64,000 nucleotides of DNA from the human T2T-CHM13v2.0 reference genome, Homo sapiens: NCBI RefSeq assembly GCF_009914755.1, contig NC_060928.1; one strand, given 5' to 3'. This document shows, piece after piece, positions 14,582 to 28,299 of the stretch. The notes beneath the pieces were generated by a model, which saw only the letters and a program-made list of their open reading frames with translations, searched no databases and had not been told where the DNA came from. Every line of letters starts with the position of its first letter. The first letter of the stretch is position 1. The translations under genes were made by a program, and so were the position numbers.

Positions 14582-17011
14582 TAGGAAGACAGTTTTTGGA
14601 GTCTAAAATATGACACAAAGTAAGAAGCATATAACTAAAACCAATTTAATCTAGTTAATAGCCTCCTCACCTAGGAATACATTCCAACATTTGAAATACA
14701 CTAGTCCTCAGAACCAAAAGAACTGGTCCATCCATAGGTTATCCTTTACAACTTCAGGTCATAAGGCACAGGAAGTGTGGCCTCAGTCATGCTCTAGGAA
14801 GGACTCAAAAAAGAGATTTAGAAGTGATTTTGCCACCTCAGAAATTTTCAAGCCCTGTATTAATCAATGAGGTAATCTTTGGTGTGCCAGCCTAGGCTCC
14901 AAAAGTGGGTGGTCTTTGCAGAGGGAGGTGCTCACTCACTCTACCTCTGGCCAGAGCCAGTTCCTGCAGCTGGACCAAGGGCAGCCCACAGACTGCACTC
15001 GGCACATTTCTTCATTTCTCACTTGAGTGCCCTTCTTTAGTCTCCTTTCAACTGCCCACTTTATATCGGCTTCATTACACCACCGCTCCATTTGTAATGT
15101 AAATTGGGAAACTCGGGGAAGTTTTTCTTTTGGCCTTGTCTACGAAAGAATACCGAGAGGTATTCAAAACGTATTAACACAAATCAATGGCAGCAATAAA
15201 AGCAAAATCTCCTTAGCAACATAATCTTGATTGCAAAAGGAGAACTGAGAGCATTTAGCAGAACAGTGGCCCACATGGAATACGCATTTGTCTGGAAGAA
15301 TCCAGCACAAAGCCTAAAAGAGAGATTTTGAAGAAATCCAAAATTAACTCACAGGGAACAGTTACTCTTTTTTTCAAAAGTACACAATTGGCTACATTAA
15401 ATCTATCGTGTGCTTTTGGCTCAGCAACATTGTATCACACCGCTTTGCAAACTGAAATTACAACACCCTGCATGCTTCACATGAGTTAGAGGGTGTTTTT
15501 TGTTTGTTTTGTTTTTTGGATTTTTTTTCCCTTGGTTGATTTCTTTAGTAGAGCAAACAAAAAAGTCTCAAGAAATATTCATCTCATACACAATGCAAAC
15601 AAAACTGAATGGCTATCTAACAATATCTAAGACTGTAGGTACAAAAGGTTGTGCTATCTTTTGGGCTTTCTGTGATGGATTCTAAGATAGTAACTAGTGC
15701 AAGCAGCAATGGCATTTTTTGCATAGGTCTCTCTTTGTGAAAAAAGAAACAAGTCACTTCTGAGAATGCTCACGTTTTTCTGGTCAGGATGAAAAATGTG
15801 AATAAAATAATAAAAATTCAGAAAATAAGTTATCAATTCTTTAAAAACTACAGTATGATGACTCAAGGAAACAAGACTAACTCACAAAACTTCCCTTTAG
15901 TTTTTATGTTTCATATAGAATCAACTGTCATTTTGTATTTTAACTGAAACAATCCAGGTGATGGAGTTACCTTTACTGTCTACTGCAAAGAGATGTCTTA
16001 GTGTACTGAGATTCTGCGTGTGTATGTGTATGTGTATTTCCATATATGGATCTATATTAGTAAAGGTTTAGACTGGAATCTGGGTCAATTGAGTAAAATG
16101 AAAAATTTGTATTACAAATAGTCACTTGATACAATGCCACAGATAAGCTATTTCAAATAGTGCTAAACGTCTATTTACAGAAGTGGCAACTGGAATTATT
16201 TCTGCCTCTTACTGAAAGTTTAAAAACTGAAACGGGATAATTGAGAATCCTATTTACAAGCTGCATTAATTTTAAACTTAAGGGATAACTAAAACACCAC
16301 TGTGGGGAAAAAAAAGGTAATATTATATTATATAAGCTACATTTTTCCCCTATTCTTTTTTCCAACTATGATGTAAGTCCATGAACATATAACATAAAAC
16401 TTTATTTAAATTCATTGTACACAGTTTCTAAACTCATATTCATAATGACGTCAATTTAATTAGTTTTTCCCCACACATTGTACAGGTCAAATCTACAGAA
16501 GCAGGTGTGTGTGCGTGTACGCATTCATTCATATGGTCATTTTAACAGACATTATTAGTTTGGCCAATTTCCTTTAAAGTGATTTGATCTAAGTTCCAGA
16601 TTCCCTTTTCCAATTCCAAATACACTGGCTTACGATCTTATTTAATATATTATATTCTTTAAAGACAAAATGCTGTGAATTAGCCCATATTTTAGTTTTG
16701 AATATGGAATGGTGTGTTGAAATGACATGTTGTAGTAGACTCACTTAAAAGCAACAAAACTCAACTAGCCAAAGCAAGCCAAAACTGGGGAAAAAAAAAA
16801 ATCCCTAGCTCAAATTAGTCTCCATTTGTTTACTAAAAAAAGAACAATCAATACAATCAATGAAGACTTAATTTTACAAGACTAAATATACTACAACCAA
16901 CACAGGACCAAAAACTAAGCCACCTTAAATATAACCCATTATGTATTTCTTCATAATTATGAAGGCCAACAAGTTTTTATCTAACAAAACAATCTCATTT
17001 TAAGAAAAATA

Positions 17012-17329
<318 letters not shown>

Positions 17330-19665
17330 TTAATATCTTAATAATGAAAGTAAAAACATAATACATAACTTTTACATTCAACTTTATATTTTACCAGTTA
17401 TCTTCATTTTCTAATGTTACTAGACTTACCTGAATGCTGTATAATTATCTGAAAGCATATTTTTAGGGACCCTGCTCTTAGTTCTACATAAGTGCTCACC
17501 ATCAGAAATTTCTGATTATCTTATATGAAAACTATTCCATGTTCATTTAAGGATATAAATTACATTAGTGGCAAAAAAAAAAAAAAAAAGATGAAGGAAC
17601 AAATTCCTGGAACCCTTTTTTTTTTTTAATGGTCACATTTATATTATAAAAAATAAATCTAAGTATATTTGTTTCAAGGTAGCCTCCCATTATCTTCTCA
17701 AAAGACATGATGATAAAGGAAAATTCTATCTAGAATAATATTTTTTCTTTTTCTTTAAAAATAATTTCCATTGTAATATATAAAGAATGTATAAAGAAAG
17801 CAAAAAGCTGTGTGCAATTCCTGACCAATGCATAACATTCACCCTTGTAAACCAAAGAGTAGGATAATAATGCAGTTATTTCTCTCAGCCAGTAGATTTC
17901 AGCATTTTGCCTTCCAATCATGTTTGCCTTGCTTCTACTGCCACAACCGGTAAGTTTCACAATACTTTACCCTTCTGAGAGGGCATAATGCTAATAACCT
18001 CAACAAACATAAAAAGAAATACAGAATTTAAAAGTGCTTTGATACTTGCGTTAAACAAGCTCCTGTTTATAAAGACTTGGTGGCCATGTAATGAGATTGT
18101 TCTAATTACCTAATTAAATAGCTGCTACTAAAGGAAGAGGAGTTCTTTAATTTAGAGCAAAAGGTTTCTTGAGGAAATACTCTTTCCTTCTACAATATTT
18201 TAAATCTATACAGAATTTATGCCAAGAAAAAGAAATGGAACCAGTTATACTACATCAAGAACCAGTAGAAGACACAATAGGATAGAAACTCTGCAGTCTG
18301 AGGGTACGTTATGTCTCAATAAAGTAGAGTAGACAAAACACTGACCCATCACTTATGTCTCTTGAAGGCTGCTTAACACTATGTTTCTTTAAATAAACAA
18401 CAACAGAGCAATATACAGCTTATTTGCCAAAATTAAGGATACCGGGTATGGTCACTTCATCAAAATACTTTCTAAGATAAAGAGCTAGGAAAGCAATATA
18501 CTGGTTTTCATAAAGAGAAAAAAGTAATCAACTCAATATCAGAGCACCATGTCTATGAAATAGAGGGGATATAAAAAAAGGCATGATTTTGTTTAAGTAT
18601 CTCAGACGTAACTATATTTTTAAAAATCTTATTAGAAACTTTCTTCAAAGTACTATATTTAATGTTTCCCTGATTTTTAAACATGCAAAGCATTATAAGT
18701 ATATATAGGGAATACCCAATCTCTTCCACTTTAAATGCAAAACCTGACAATAATTCAAGTTTGCGCTGACTTTGTAAATAAATTGAAAAACCTATTCAAT
18801 CATTATTATTAAACATCTAACTACTTACTTTTATATAGGACTTAATAACAGGAAAATAAACTATCGAAAAATATTGCTTCACAAGATAACACCATGAGGT
18901 AGTCATAGTATCTCCCTGCTTGGGAAATGAAAATGAAACCAAAAAGGCCAAGTAGCTGGATGATCTTGTAGAATACCAGAAATGAGTTCCAAATCAGGAT
19001 CAACATCCTGAATTTCTGTTTTCAGTACTACCTATTAAGATTATAAACAACCTCTGTTACTTCAATATGCCATTGGGGTGGGGGAGATAATGCTCCATAT
19101 TACAGAAACAGATAGAATTATGATTAATAATACCAATAATATTTAGGCTTCTCTTAATTATTATCTAAAGATCTCCATAGAAGTGCAGAACAAGATACCT
19201 CAAGATTTAAAGACATTCTTCAAATCTCAAGATATATTCCTAAAAACAACATAAAGTTGGCCATGATATCAAGGAAAAATTAAGAGTTACTTTATTTAAG
19301 AAAAGGTTAAATAAACACAAACGGCTATGGGATAATTAATAGTTTGGTTTAAAATTAGCCTATTCTTTCCTCCCAAAAACTAATTATTAATCACCTTCTT
19401 TCAAAAACAGGTTTGAGAAGCAACCCCATGTCCAACCATCCTATTGTTCCCTCCCTAGAAAGCGTGGACCATTAGGGTCTTTTCAGAAGGAAACATCAAT
19501 TGCACCACTGCATCAATTAAGAAATCTCTTTTTAAAATGCATTTTTAAAATGCAAGTACCACCTTAGCAGAACTGAGGGTGTCAGCCATTCATCACTTAA
19601 TGCGACTTACTTTAATTGGTCTTCTAAACACCTACCTAAGAATACAAAAGAATTACTGTTCTTAT

Positions 19666-19926
19666 TTTGGGAGGCCGAGGTGGGCAGATTGCTTGAGCAC
19701 AGGAGTTCGAGACCAGCCTGGGCAACACGGTGAAACCTCGTCTCTACTAAAATACAAAAAAAATAGCCGGGCGTGGTGGCGGGCGTCTGTAATACCAGTT
19801 ACTCGGGAGGCTGAGGCAGAGAATTGCTTGAACCTAGGAGGTGGAGGTTGCAGTCAGCCAAGATGGTGCCACTGCACTCCAGCCTGGACAACAGAGTGAG
19901 ACTGTCTCAAAAAAAAAAAAAAAAAA
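19666..19926 (+). mobile_element. 5'-truncated Alu
   Basis: Starts at tttgggaggccgagg (lacks ~35 nt); clear TSD aattactgttctta on both sides. Confidence 0.95.
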
Positions 19927-22900
19927 TTACTGTTCTTACTGGGAGCTTTGAGGAAGAAAGATAAAAATGCAATTCTGAACTATGTTCAGGCCTAGGTAAA
20001 GACTCTGGACATCAGGAGGACAGCAAAAGAATCCATGGTGTCCAAAAGGATAAAAAGAAAGAGGGTGCAGGACTAGATGCTGGAGTTCAGTCCAAGACAG
20101 CTTTAACACACTATAGTTTTGATTTAGTACTACTGATTAACAGCAAGTCAAAGCAAATATTTACAGTGAAACATCAAGCATGCAGTTAAAGGTTATAATT
20201 GTGAAGCTAAATACCACAAAAGTTGAAACAGTCTGACTATGTACACAGTGTTATACAAAACTAGTAGTTTGAACTCATGCAACTGTGGGTCCAACTGTAC
20301 GTATTACTATTTAATGTCCTTTTACATCCAAAGATAGAGACAGAATATTGTCAAAGATTTTTATGGTTGGCCTGCGTCTATTAATATAAAGAAACAACCA
20401 GAAGCTCTCTAACACTGAAAAAATAACACTAAAGACAAAACCTTGGGGAAAGCTGGATTCTTCCTGATTTAAAATTATTCAATTACAAAACTAGTTTTTC
20501 TCATAAGAAAAAATAATCATTGTTTACTATTATTCAAGGCTTTGTTGAATTTATTTTGTTGAATTTAGGGCAAAATGACATGTTTATATTTTAAATAAAT
20601 GAAATCTAGTCATTAAAGAGTCTTAATAAAGCATCTGATGATCATTTTAGATAGGTAAGGTGATCTCCATGTAAGGGAGGGCCAACATCTACCTTAGAAG
20701 CTAAATGTGTCACATCAGTTTTACTATAGTCATTAGGCTTTGGAGTATCATTTTAACCCAGATAGCCAGAGTTATATATTAAAATATAACAGGGTTGTCA
20801 ACGTACATTTGTTGAGAAAAGAATGTTTCTATACAGAAATGGTGACTGATTGTAAAATGCCAGTAATGTATTTTAAAAAGACCATAAGTTATTTACCTTA
20901 GCCTATGTAGAATCCATATACCAAACTTTCTGCCAATAATATTTTTTCTTGGCCAGTTTAAAAAGCTCTACAGTTTATGTCCCACAAACTTTAAGTCAGA
21001 AAACAGAAGCTGAAGAAAAATCATCACTTTAAATATTTCCTTAGACTGATGTTTACTTAATATGGGCATCTCTACTATCCAGTAATGTGGGCACTTAAAT
21101 TCATGGTTCAAGAAAGGATACAGTTATACTACAGGTTACTAATGAAAATCCAAGCATGAAAATCTAAATGCCCAAGGCATAACTGGCTTATAATACCACA
21201 TATTAAGTATTCACAGTTATTTTCTATATATACATTGAAGTGTATGTTTCTAGGGAATCTTTAAGCAAATGGCACATGGCTGAATAAAATCAGAAAAGCT
21301 TTTAAAGATTCTATACTTAATATAATCAACTATGAAAATTATCTTACAGTTAAAATATCCCTAAGGGAATATAGTAATTTTAAAATTATTATCCACAGTA
21401 GACTAATAACAGGAGAATAAATTATGTAAATAGATAAGTTCTTCTCATAAAGCTTATCAATATGGTGCTCTATGGATTTATACAATTTTATACAGGGAAC
21501 ACTGTGTTGCATAGTTTACACAGTCATTATATTTTTCTGATCTTTCTGAATCCTGAGGCAGATTTAGCGTTGTATGAAGATACAATTATTTTTCACACTG
21601 AAACCACAGAGGAATACTGAAGTTTCTAGATGGCATTATTTTTAATTGCACTACTTTAAGGTGGTAGGACACACCCTAGATACAAGTTAAATAAAATAAG
21701 TATTTGAGTTCTTTGTACTTTGAACTCTTCACAGGAAAAGTGTTCTACAAATTCAAGTTGTTACTTGGGGGGCAAGGAAAACATATAATTCTCAAGCAAA
21801 AAAAAATCTTAAATCCTAGTTTTTAAGATAGCTCCTAATATCCAAGACAGGATATAGGACATGAGATACTGGCATTTGACTATTCAAATTTATATAGGAT
21901 TACAGTACTTTGGCAAGTACAAAGAAATACTTTTAAAAATACAGGTATATAAATTAATGAAACTGGTATTTAAAAGATTTAATACAGGAAAAAAGTATTG
22001 TATAGTGGTACCAATTCTCAATACAAATTATTAAGCATAGTTTATATAATTCCAAAAGTTATTAACATTATTGCTCGATACCACAGTTGTATGGAACAAG
22101 TTCTTGACACACATTAAAACTTGTATAATTTCTGGTTTATAAAAACAAAAATTTACACATAGGTCATTCACAAATCTAAAAGTTTAAAAATGCATAGAGA
22201 TATGCACAACAAAAAGGAGAAAAAATTATATGTATTTGTGTATATGTATATTTAAAAGAAACAAGCTAATCTGATTTAACATGTATGTCACACTCTCAAT
22301 CAAAACAAGTATACATAACTGTACTGAAAGTGAACTAGTGGATAAAAATAGTACTAAATGCATCCTCCATTTCTTATTAACAATCTTTTCTAAATATCAA
22401 CGGGATATTAAATACCAGCTTACTTTTAGTTCTAGAACTTTTGCTTTCTTTCAAAAACTTTTCAGAAACATATATCCATTCTATAATTGTGATAGATTGG
22501 AAGAAATATTTTCCTTAGAAATTTTGTAAAGGAATACTTCCACTCTTTTGTATGTAAGATTTGATAAACGATAAAAACCCAAGTAAGGCCATTATTATCA
22601 TCTTGATCAAAAATATACACAGATCGTGATGCTACTATATTGTGTGATCCTGAGTTCTAGTAACCACTAGATACATGCATACCATTCACTGATTTGTCTA
22701 TTCTAATAAAAATTTAATCCTGTCTTACTACCTTTGAAGACAGAAATACTTTTAAAACTTTTTGATAGGTCTTCATAACATTACAGATTATCTGCCATAA
22801 ACAGAGCATTAGGAATTGTATGAGAAAGGGTATGTTAGGTCCCAAAAGACTATTAAAGAAAACTTACTATTTTAAAATAATGACAATATCAAATTTGAAA

Positions 22901-23039
22901 AGAAAGAAAAAATGACAGAAAAAGTGTGCTTGCTGGAATAGGTAAGTTGAGCCTTACAAAGGTGTTTTTCTCTGTTAAGGAATTTATAAATAAAGGACTG
23001 TGTGTACCTTGGTGACAAAATAAAAAAGGCTGGCCACTT

Positions 23040-23343
23040 TTTATGCTAAGTTCAAATGTATTTTTTTGATAATACAAAAAAGTAATCCTTGAAAATCAGA
23101 ATACATAACAGAAAAGAGCACAATAACTTAAGTATTAAACATCTGTATGAAATAACTGTTGCAAAGATTGACAAAAATGCACACTTAGAACATGCGGTTA
23201 TTTAAAAAAAAAAAAAAAACAAAAACAAAAAAAACACCACACGATTCTGTAGAACCAATGTTATGTCACCACCAGGAGAGCACCAAGCAAGGCACCATTG
23301 GAAAGACAACATACTTGGAAAGTCTCTATAAATAAAGTAAATG
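23040..23343 (-). other. CHIC2: CHIC2 proximal 3' UTR (3' end approximate)
   Basis: Follows the TAG at 23344-23346. Contains a U-rich tract (23204-23234) and a variant poly(A) hexamer AATACA (tgtatt at 23057-23062). The cleavage site cannot be fixed from sequence. Confidence 0.55.
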
Positions 23344-23394
23344 CTAATCTGGTCGAAAAATCGGTGTCTTTGGTAAAAATTCTATGAGGATGAC
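23344..23394 (-). CDS. CHIC2: CHIC2 last coding exon (exon 6): VILIEFLPKTPIFRPD*
   Basis: Acceptor ttttacag (ct at 23395-96), phase 0, TAG stop; matches the CHIC2 C-terminus. Confidence 0.96.
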   Translation of the reverse strand, partial: VILIEFLPKTPIFRPD

Positions 23395-23749
23395 CTGTAA
23401 AAGGAGAAGAAAAAGGTTTTAAAAGATTTAAACAAAATTTTTTCTTAAAACTTCAATTATATGCTTTCACAATTTTTTTGAAAATCCATTCACATTTTAA
23501 AACGCAACTTTGCATTACTAAAACAGATCTTTATCTGATAATGCAGAGTTCCATCACTGAGAATTTTTCTTTTTATTTCTGGACCTTTACCAAATACACG
23601 AAATACCTTGGCTCTATGAAAAGGAAGACAAATAAGCAAGTAAAATCACCAAAGTCTGAGAAGGGTGATATAGATAGTGCCCCTGATACACTGGAGGAGC
23701 AAACATGCATACATGCACGCTCCCCTGCACTCATGAGAAAAGAGGCTAG

Positions 23750-23960
23750 TATTTACTTAGAACTAACTGTATACCAGGTGTTCCATACTACATTGGGTCT
23801 CTTTAAACCCAACAACTTTTCTATGAGGCAAGTATTATAATCCTTATTTCACAGATGAGGAAACTGATGATCCAGAGAAGTTGTATCACAATTGAATGTG
23901 GAGTCACTGTTTGAATAAAAGACTGTCTTAACTCCAAAGCCTTGCCCTTTATACCACCCT
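23750..23960 (-). mobile_element. MIR SINE
   Basis: Core ttcacagatgaggaaactga. Confidence 0.7.
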
Positions 23961-25366
23961 ACGTGACTGCAGCTCACCCAACATTTTTCTTTAGACTTTC
24001 TCCTTTTTAATCAACCCAACTACATGAGTCTTCTCTAAGTTCTAGAGTTGCTCTCATTTTACTCTACCAGAATATGTAATCTTTAGATAAAAGGTCCTTT
24101 ATCTCTTAATTTTTTAAAAAGTCCATTTCTTCTTAGGTTAGCAAAATTAAAGGCTAAAATTTGTTCCAAAAGGCCTTTTAATAGGAAACTAAAGGAAAAC
24201 CAACAAAAACAAAATATGGTAACACAGAATTACACAAAGTGACCAGAGCTAATTTTTCCAAATTTGAATTTTCTTAAATTACAGTCAACTCTTTCTTTTG
24301 CTCCAAATTTGTATTAAATAGATGGTGATTTAAAAATTATTTGATTTTAAAAGTTTCTAAGTCTAGTGAACTCATCATTCTTTTTCAGAAACTGTGTCTT
24401 GCTTGATATGACCTCCAGATTTCAATACTTCTACAAATTAGCTGTCTGGGCCAGGAATCTTCATTTTCACTCTTCAGTTCTCCTGGCTTTTGATCTGCCT
24501 CAATAAAGAAGATACACTTCTATACCTGGCTCAAAAATATTCCTGTCCTACTCTAGGTATCCTGCACTAAGGCTTAGCTGTCACATTTGCCACTCTCCTG
24601 ACCTGTGATTTGCCTACAAAATATTCACTAGCTCCCTGTTAAAATACTTTCTCCCAACTAGCTTCTTCATTTGAGCTAGATTTTCCTGTTTCTCAGGTTT
24701 CTTATCTATAAAATAAAAGCATTGAACTAGATAACAAGATTCTTTGCAGCTTTAAAATTTGACAATTAAATGTTTAAACTACTTAGGAGTCAACATTAAA
24801 TAAATAATTTTGTATTTCAAGTATGTCCTCAATCAGTCTTTATAATTTTAGTCCCCAGGTATGGGCATCCCCACACTTTATAATATACACTTTTAATACA
24901 TAACATAAAATAAAGGCTATCTTTGCCTACATTTGAACTATTAGTTTTTAAATAATATATTCTACAAATTTTTCCTTCAGAAGCCACACATAGAGACTGG
25001 CCACTTGTCTCATTTATTCTAAATCATCCATCTCTACCATATCTGAACAAAGAAAAGTTAGTGCCAAGGTGGAATATATATATATATATTTTTTAGTATC
25101 TCCAATGTTCAAATTATAATCAAGGATAATTATTTTCTTTTAACAAAATTAAATTCCTGTAAGTTAAAGAAAAGTTGAAGAAAAGAGGGACACATGGTTA
25201 AAAAGGCCCAAATTCATTAGATAAAATGAATTTTATTTGCTAGTTTAACTTTTAAAATTCATTTTTATAAATTTTTTAAGCTACATTATTCTCACTTTCA
25301 ACTATCACAAATATATATATATACTCTAAGAAAATCCAGCAGAACACATTTTTTCTCCCCAGCTTA

Positions 25367-25494
25367 TTATTATTTTTTTTAAAGAGAGGTGGGTATTGCT
25401 ATGTTACCCAAACTGTCTTTGTACTCCTAGACGCAAGTGATCCTGCTGCCTCAGCCTCCCCAGCTAGACTACTGGCATGCCCACTACACCCAGC
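25367..25494 (-). mobile_element. FLAM/FAM-like Alu monomer
   Basis: Diverged antisense monomer. Confidence 0.75.
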
Positions 25495-27085
25495 TTTTTC
25501 CTGGCAATTGAAATATTTATTTTATCTTTACTACTCTTCTGGGTATCTTCTATGATGGAGTGAAAATAATATAATGGCTTTAGCAGAAGTGCTTAATTAT
25601 CTAAAAATTCAAGGAAACTTATTTGACAAACAAAGCATATAGTTCAGAATGTTTTGGAAGGTTATAAATTATTTTATGAATAAATTATAGTCATATAGTT
25701 CTATCTGGAATTCATAGCATTGGGATAACTTTTATGTTTTCCTTTCCAAAGTAAATTTAGAAATGCATGAAAAAATTAATACCTCAGTTTTAAGCTTAGT
25801 GTTTGTGTTATAAATGTAGTAAATATTTTTTTCACTAAATTCTTTACATCTCCTATCCATCCCTCTCCCCAAAATATATACATAAACCCTCTATCTAAGA
25901 TGAAAATACAAGAGTAGTCTCCTCACCTCAAAATGAGTTACTCAAATGTGTTATGATTATAAAGAAGTATCAAGTGTCTTTCTCATCATCATACATTAAC
26001 ATGTTTGATGTAGTAAAGATAAAATCTACATTATTTGGTTCATTGAATAAAGCTAGTCTAAGACATTTTAAAAATATTTTTTATGTTCAAGGCTAGAAAT
26101 AGGATTTGACTGTGGGATAATGAAAGAACAGGAAAATGCTAACAGACAAAAATGATTTTATGATAATTTACAACTAAACACTGTTTTAATCAATATTTTA
26201 CACATACACACGCACACATCTATGATGGCTATATTGTTTTAAAGAATAGACAAAATTCCTCAGAAATGTTGTAACAGGTACTTCACAAAGGCTCTGAGTT
26301 TTATTTTCAACTATTAACTTTTCCTTAGATCTTTTCTTTTAAAGTAATAACCTGGCCATATTTAAAATAAAATATCCAAGCTCAAAAGAGAATTAAAATT
26401 CTTAATTTTCTAGAGTATTCTGAAATTTTCAAAAGGAGAAAAACTGTTCAAGTAAATCATGGAGTCAGTAAATTAAATCCCATGCTGAGTAAGTTCTAAA
26501 ATTCATTGTATATATATGCCAAATTAGATATTTTTTAACAAGTAAACACAAGATGATCAACATCTCATCTCCTGCTTACTTTTAATTTTTACAAAGCAGT
26601 ATTCTAATAACACTTTAAAAGAGATTCTTTAAAGGGCACTGAGGTACGGGCAGTTAAAATCTATAAAGGGTAAAGGTTTCTTAAGCTCCAATGGCTTGGC
26701 TGAAAGGTTTTCTTCCATACTTGGAAACTTGATTAGCATTATATAAAAAAGCCATATCTGACTTGCTGCGTAACCAAAGTTGTGGTTATTCTTTATACAG
26801 CATCTAAAATTTCACACTCCATCAACACATGTTCAGGCTATTTTATCTTGGCAATTAATTTATTATTTTTCAGAACACAGTGAAGCCTTGTTTTCAAGTC
26901 ATTCATAACTTTATAAATCAGTCTTGCACATGAAACCATGCATCTGTGAACCGTAGAAAATCCTTGCACTCAGGAGATTAAGCTCCTGACACCTTTGCTG
27001 ATTAATAATCATGGAAAGAATAAGATCAGAAGCAAAATAAATGATCATTTAATAGAGAAACTCACAAAACAGCCCTTTAACTTAC

Positions 27086-27145
27086 ATATTCCATCATGTT
27101 ATTCGTTTCACATTTCCTTTTGCTCAGTCTCCAATGCAAGCACAG
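27086..27145 (-). CDS. CHIC2: CHIC2 exon 5 (60 bp): LCLHWRLSKRKCETNNMMEY
   Basis: Acceptor tctag, donor gtaagt, phase 0-0. Confidence 0.96.
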
Positions 27146-27311
27146 CTAGACAAGTAGGAAAGTAAAAGAAGAAAAATGAGCTCTATTTTATTGCAGCACA
27201 CAGACTAACCCATTTGTCCACCTTTCATATTTTTAGTTCAACAAAAGCATCTGTTTCCATACTGTGCAATTCAGACCCCAACAGTACGAAGCTGCTCCCT
27301 GTGGTACTCAC

Positions 27312-27368
27312 CTTGTGGTATAACCTATTGTTTTCCCATTCTAATAACTTCTCAATCGATCTTCGTGT
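27312..27368 (-). CDS. CHIC2: CHIC2 exon 4 (57 bp): TRRSIEKLLEWENNRLYHK
   Basis: Acceptor ttccag, donor gtgagt, phase 0-0. Confidence 0.96.
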
Positions 27369-28299
27369 CTGGAAGACAAATGAGAAAAAAGTTTACTCTT
27401 GACTGGTTTTAGAAAACTTTGTTTTGCAGCTGCTTTTTCTGTGAAAAGGGGAGAGGTATAAGACAGTGACTGAGTATAGTGTGGTGTGCATCACTATCGA
27501 TGTTCTAAGCACTAAATGGTAACCTGAACACAAAAGAGTACTCTTTCTTAAAAAAGATATGCCTTTATTTTTATCATACGAATCTTTTTTTACTAGCCTC
27601 TGATTTAAAACTATCAAGGTTTAAAAAGCTAATGTCATCTGCCAAATAAAATTAAATTCCCACTTCTTTCAAAAATGTTTCCAATACTTAAATAGTAACG
27701 GAAGTTCCTTAATACATATTTTAAAACAAAAGTAAATATTAGTTAACAAAATGCAAATGGCCTTTCAGTAAGTTCCAAAACAAAAAATTGGAATATTAAA
27801 AAAATCAATGAGTTATAAAATCAAATTAATTTTCACATCATGCTTAAAATAATGCCCATATTTAAAAGCCAGCTTACTGATTATTCTACCAATAGATTTT
27901 TTGAACAGAGCCAAAATTTTATTTAAACCAACATAAAAGTGTCATCTGATAGTAAAATCAAACTCTTAATTCAATACTACTGTTTCAGGAATCAACTGAG
28001 AATTTACTTCAGTTGATTTTTGCAAGATATGCTATGCTGCATGAAATGTTTCTTGCTTGAGAATATGAATAAAAGAGGGTAATTCATGGTGCCAGGTGTT
28101 AGGATGAGACTGACACAGCTGCAGGTGCAAAAATGACAGTGTTGCCACCAGGATCAACTTGCAACTTGGTTCAGCTGCACTTTTCTTGCAAGAGAAAGAA
28201 AAAAACATCTTACCACTATTAATGTGGTATAAAGAAGTACTAGTAATCAAATATGAAAATTTGCGTGTCAAGCAAGGATTAGCTAGGTGAAAAACTGTT

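Noticed and set aside
17425-17433. Consensus minus-strand splice donor (CAG|GTAAGT) downstream of CHIC2
   Set aside because: Such 9-mers arise by chance; no convincing acceptor or frame identified.
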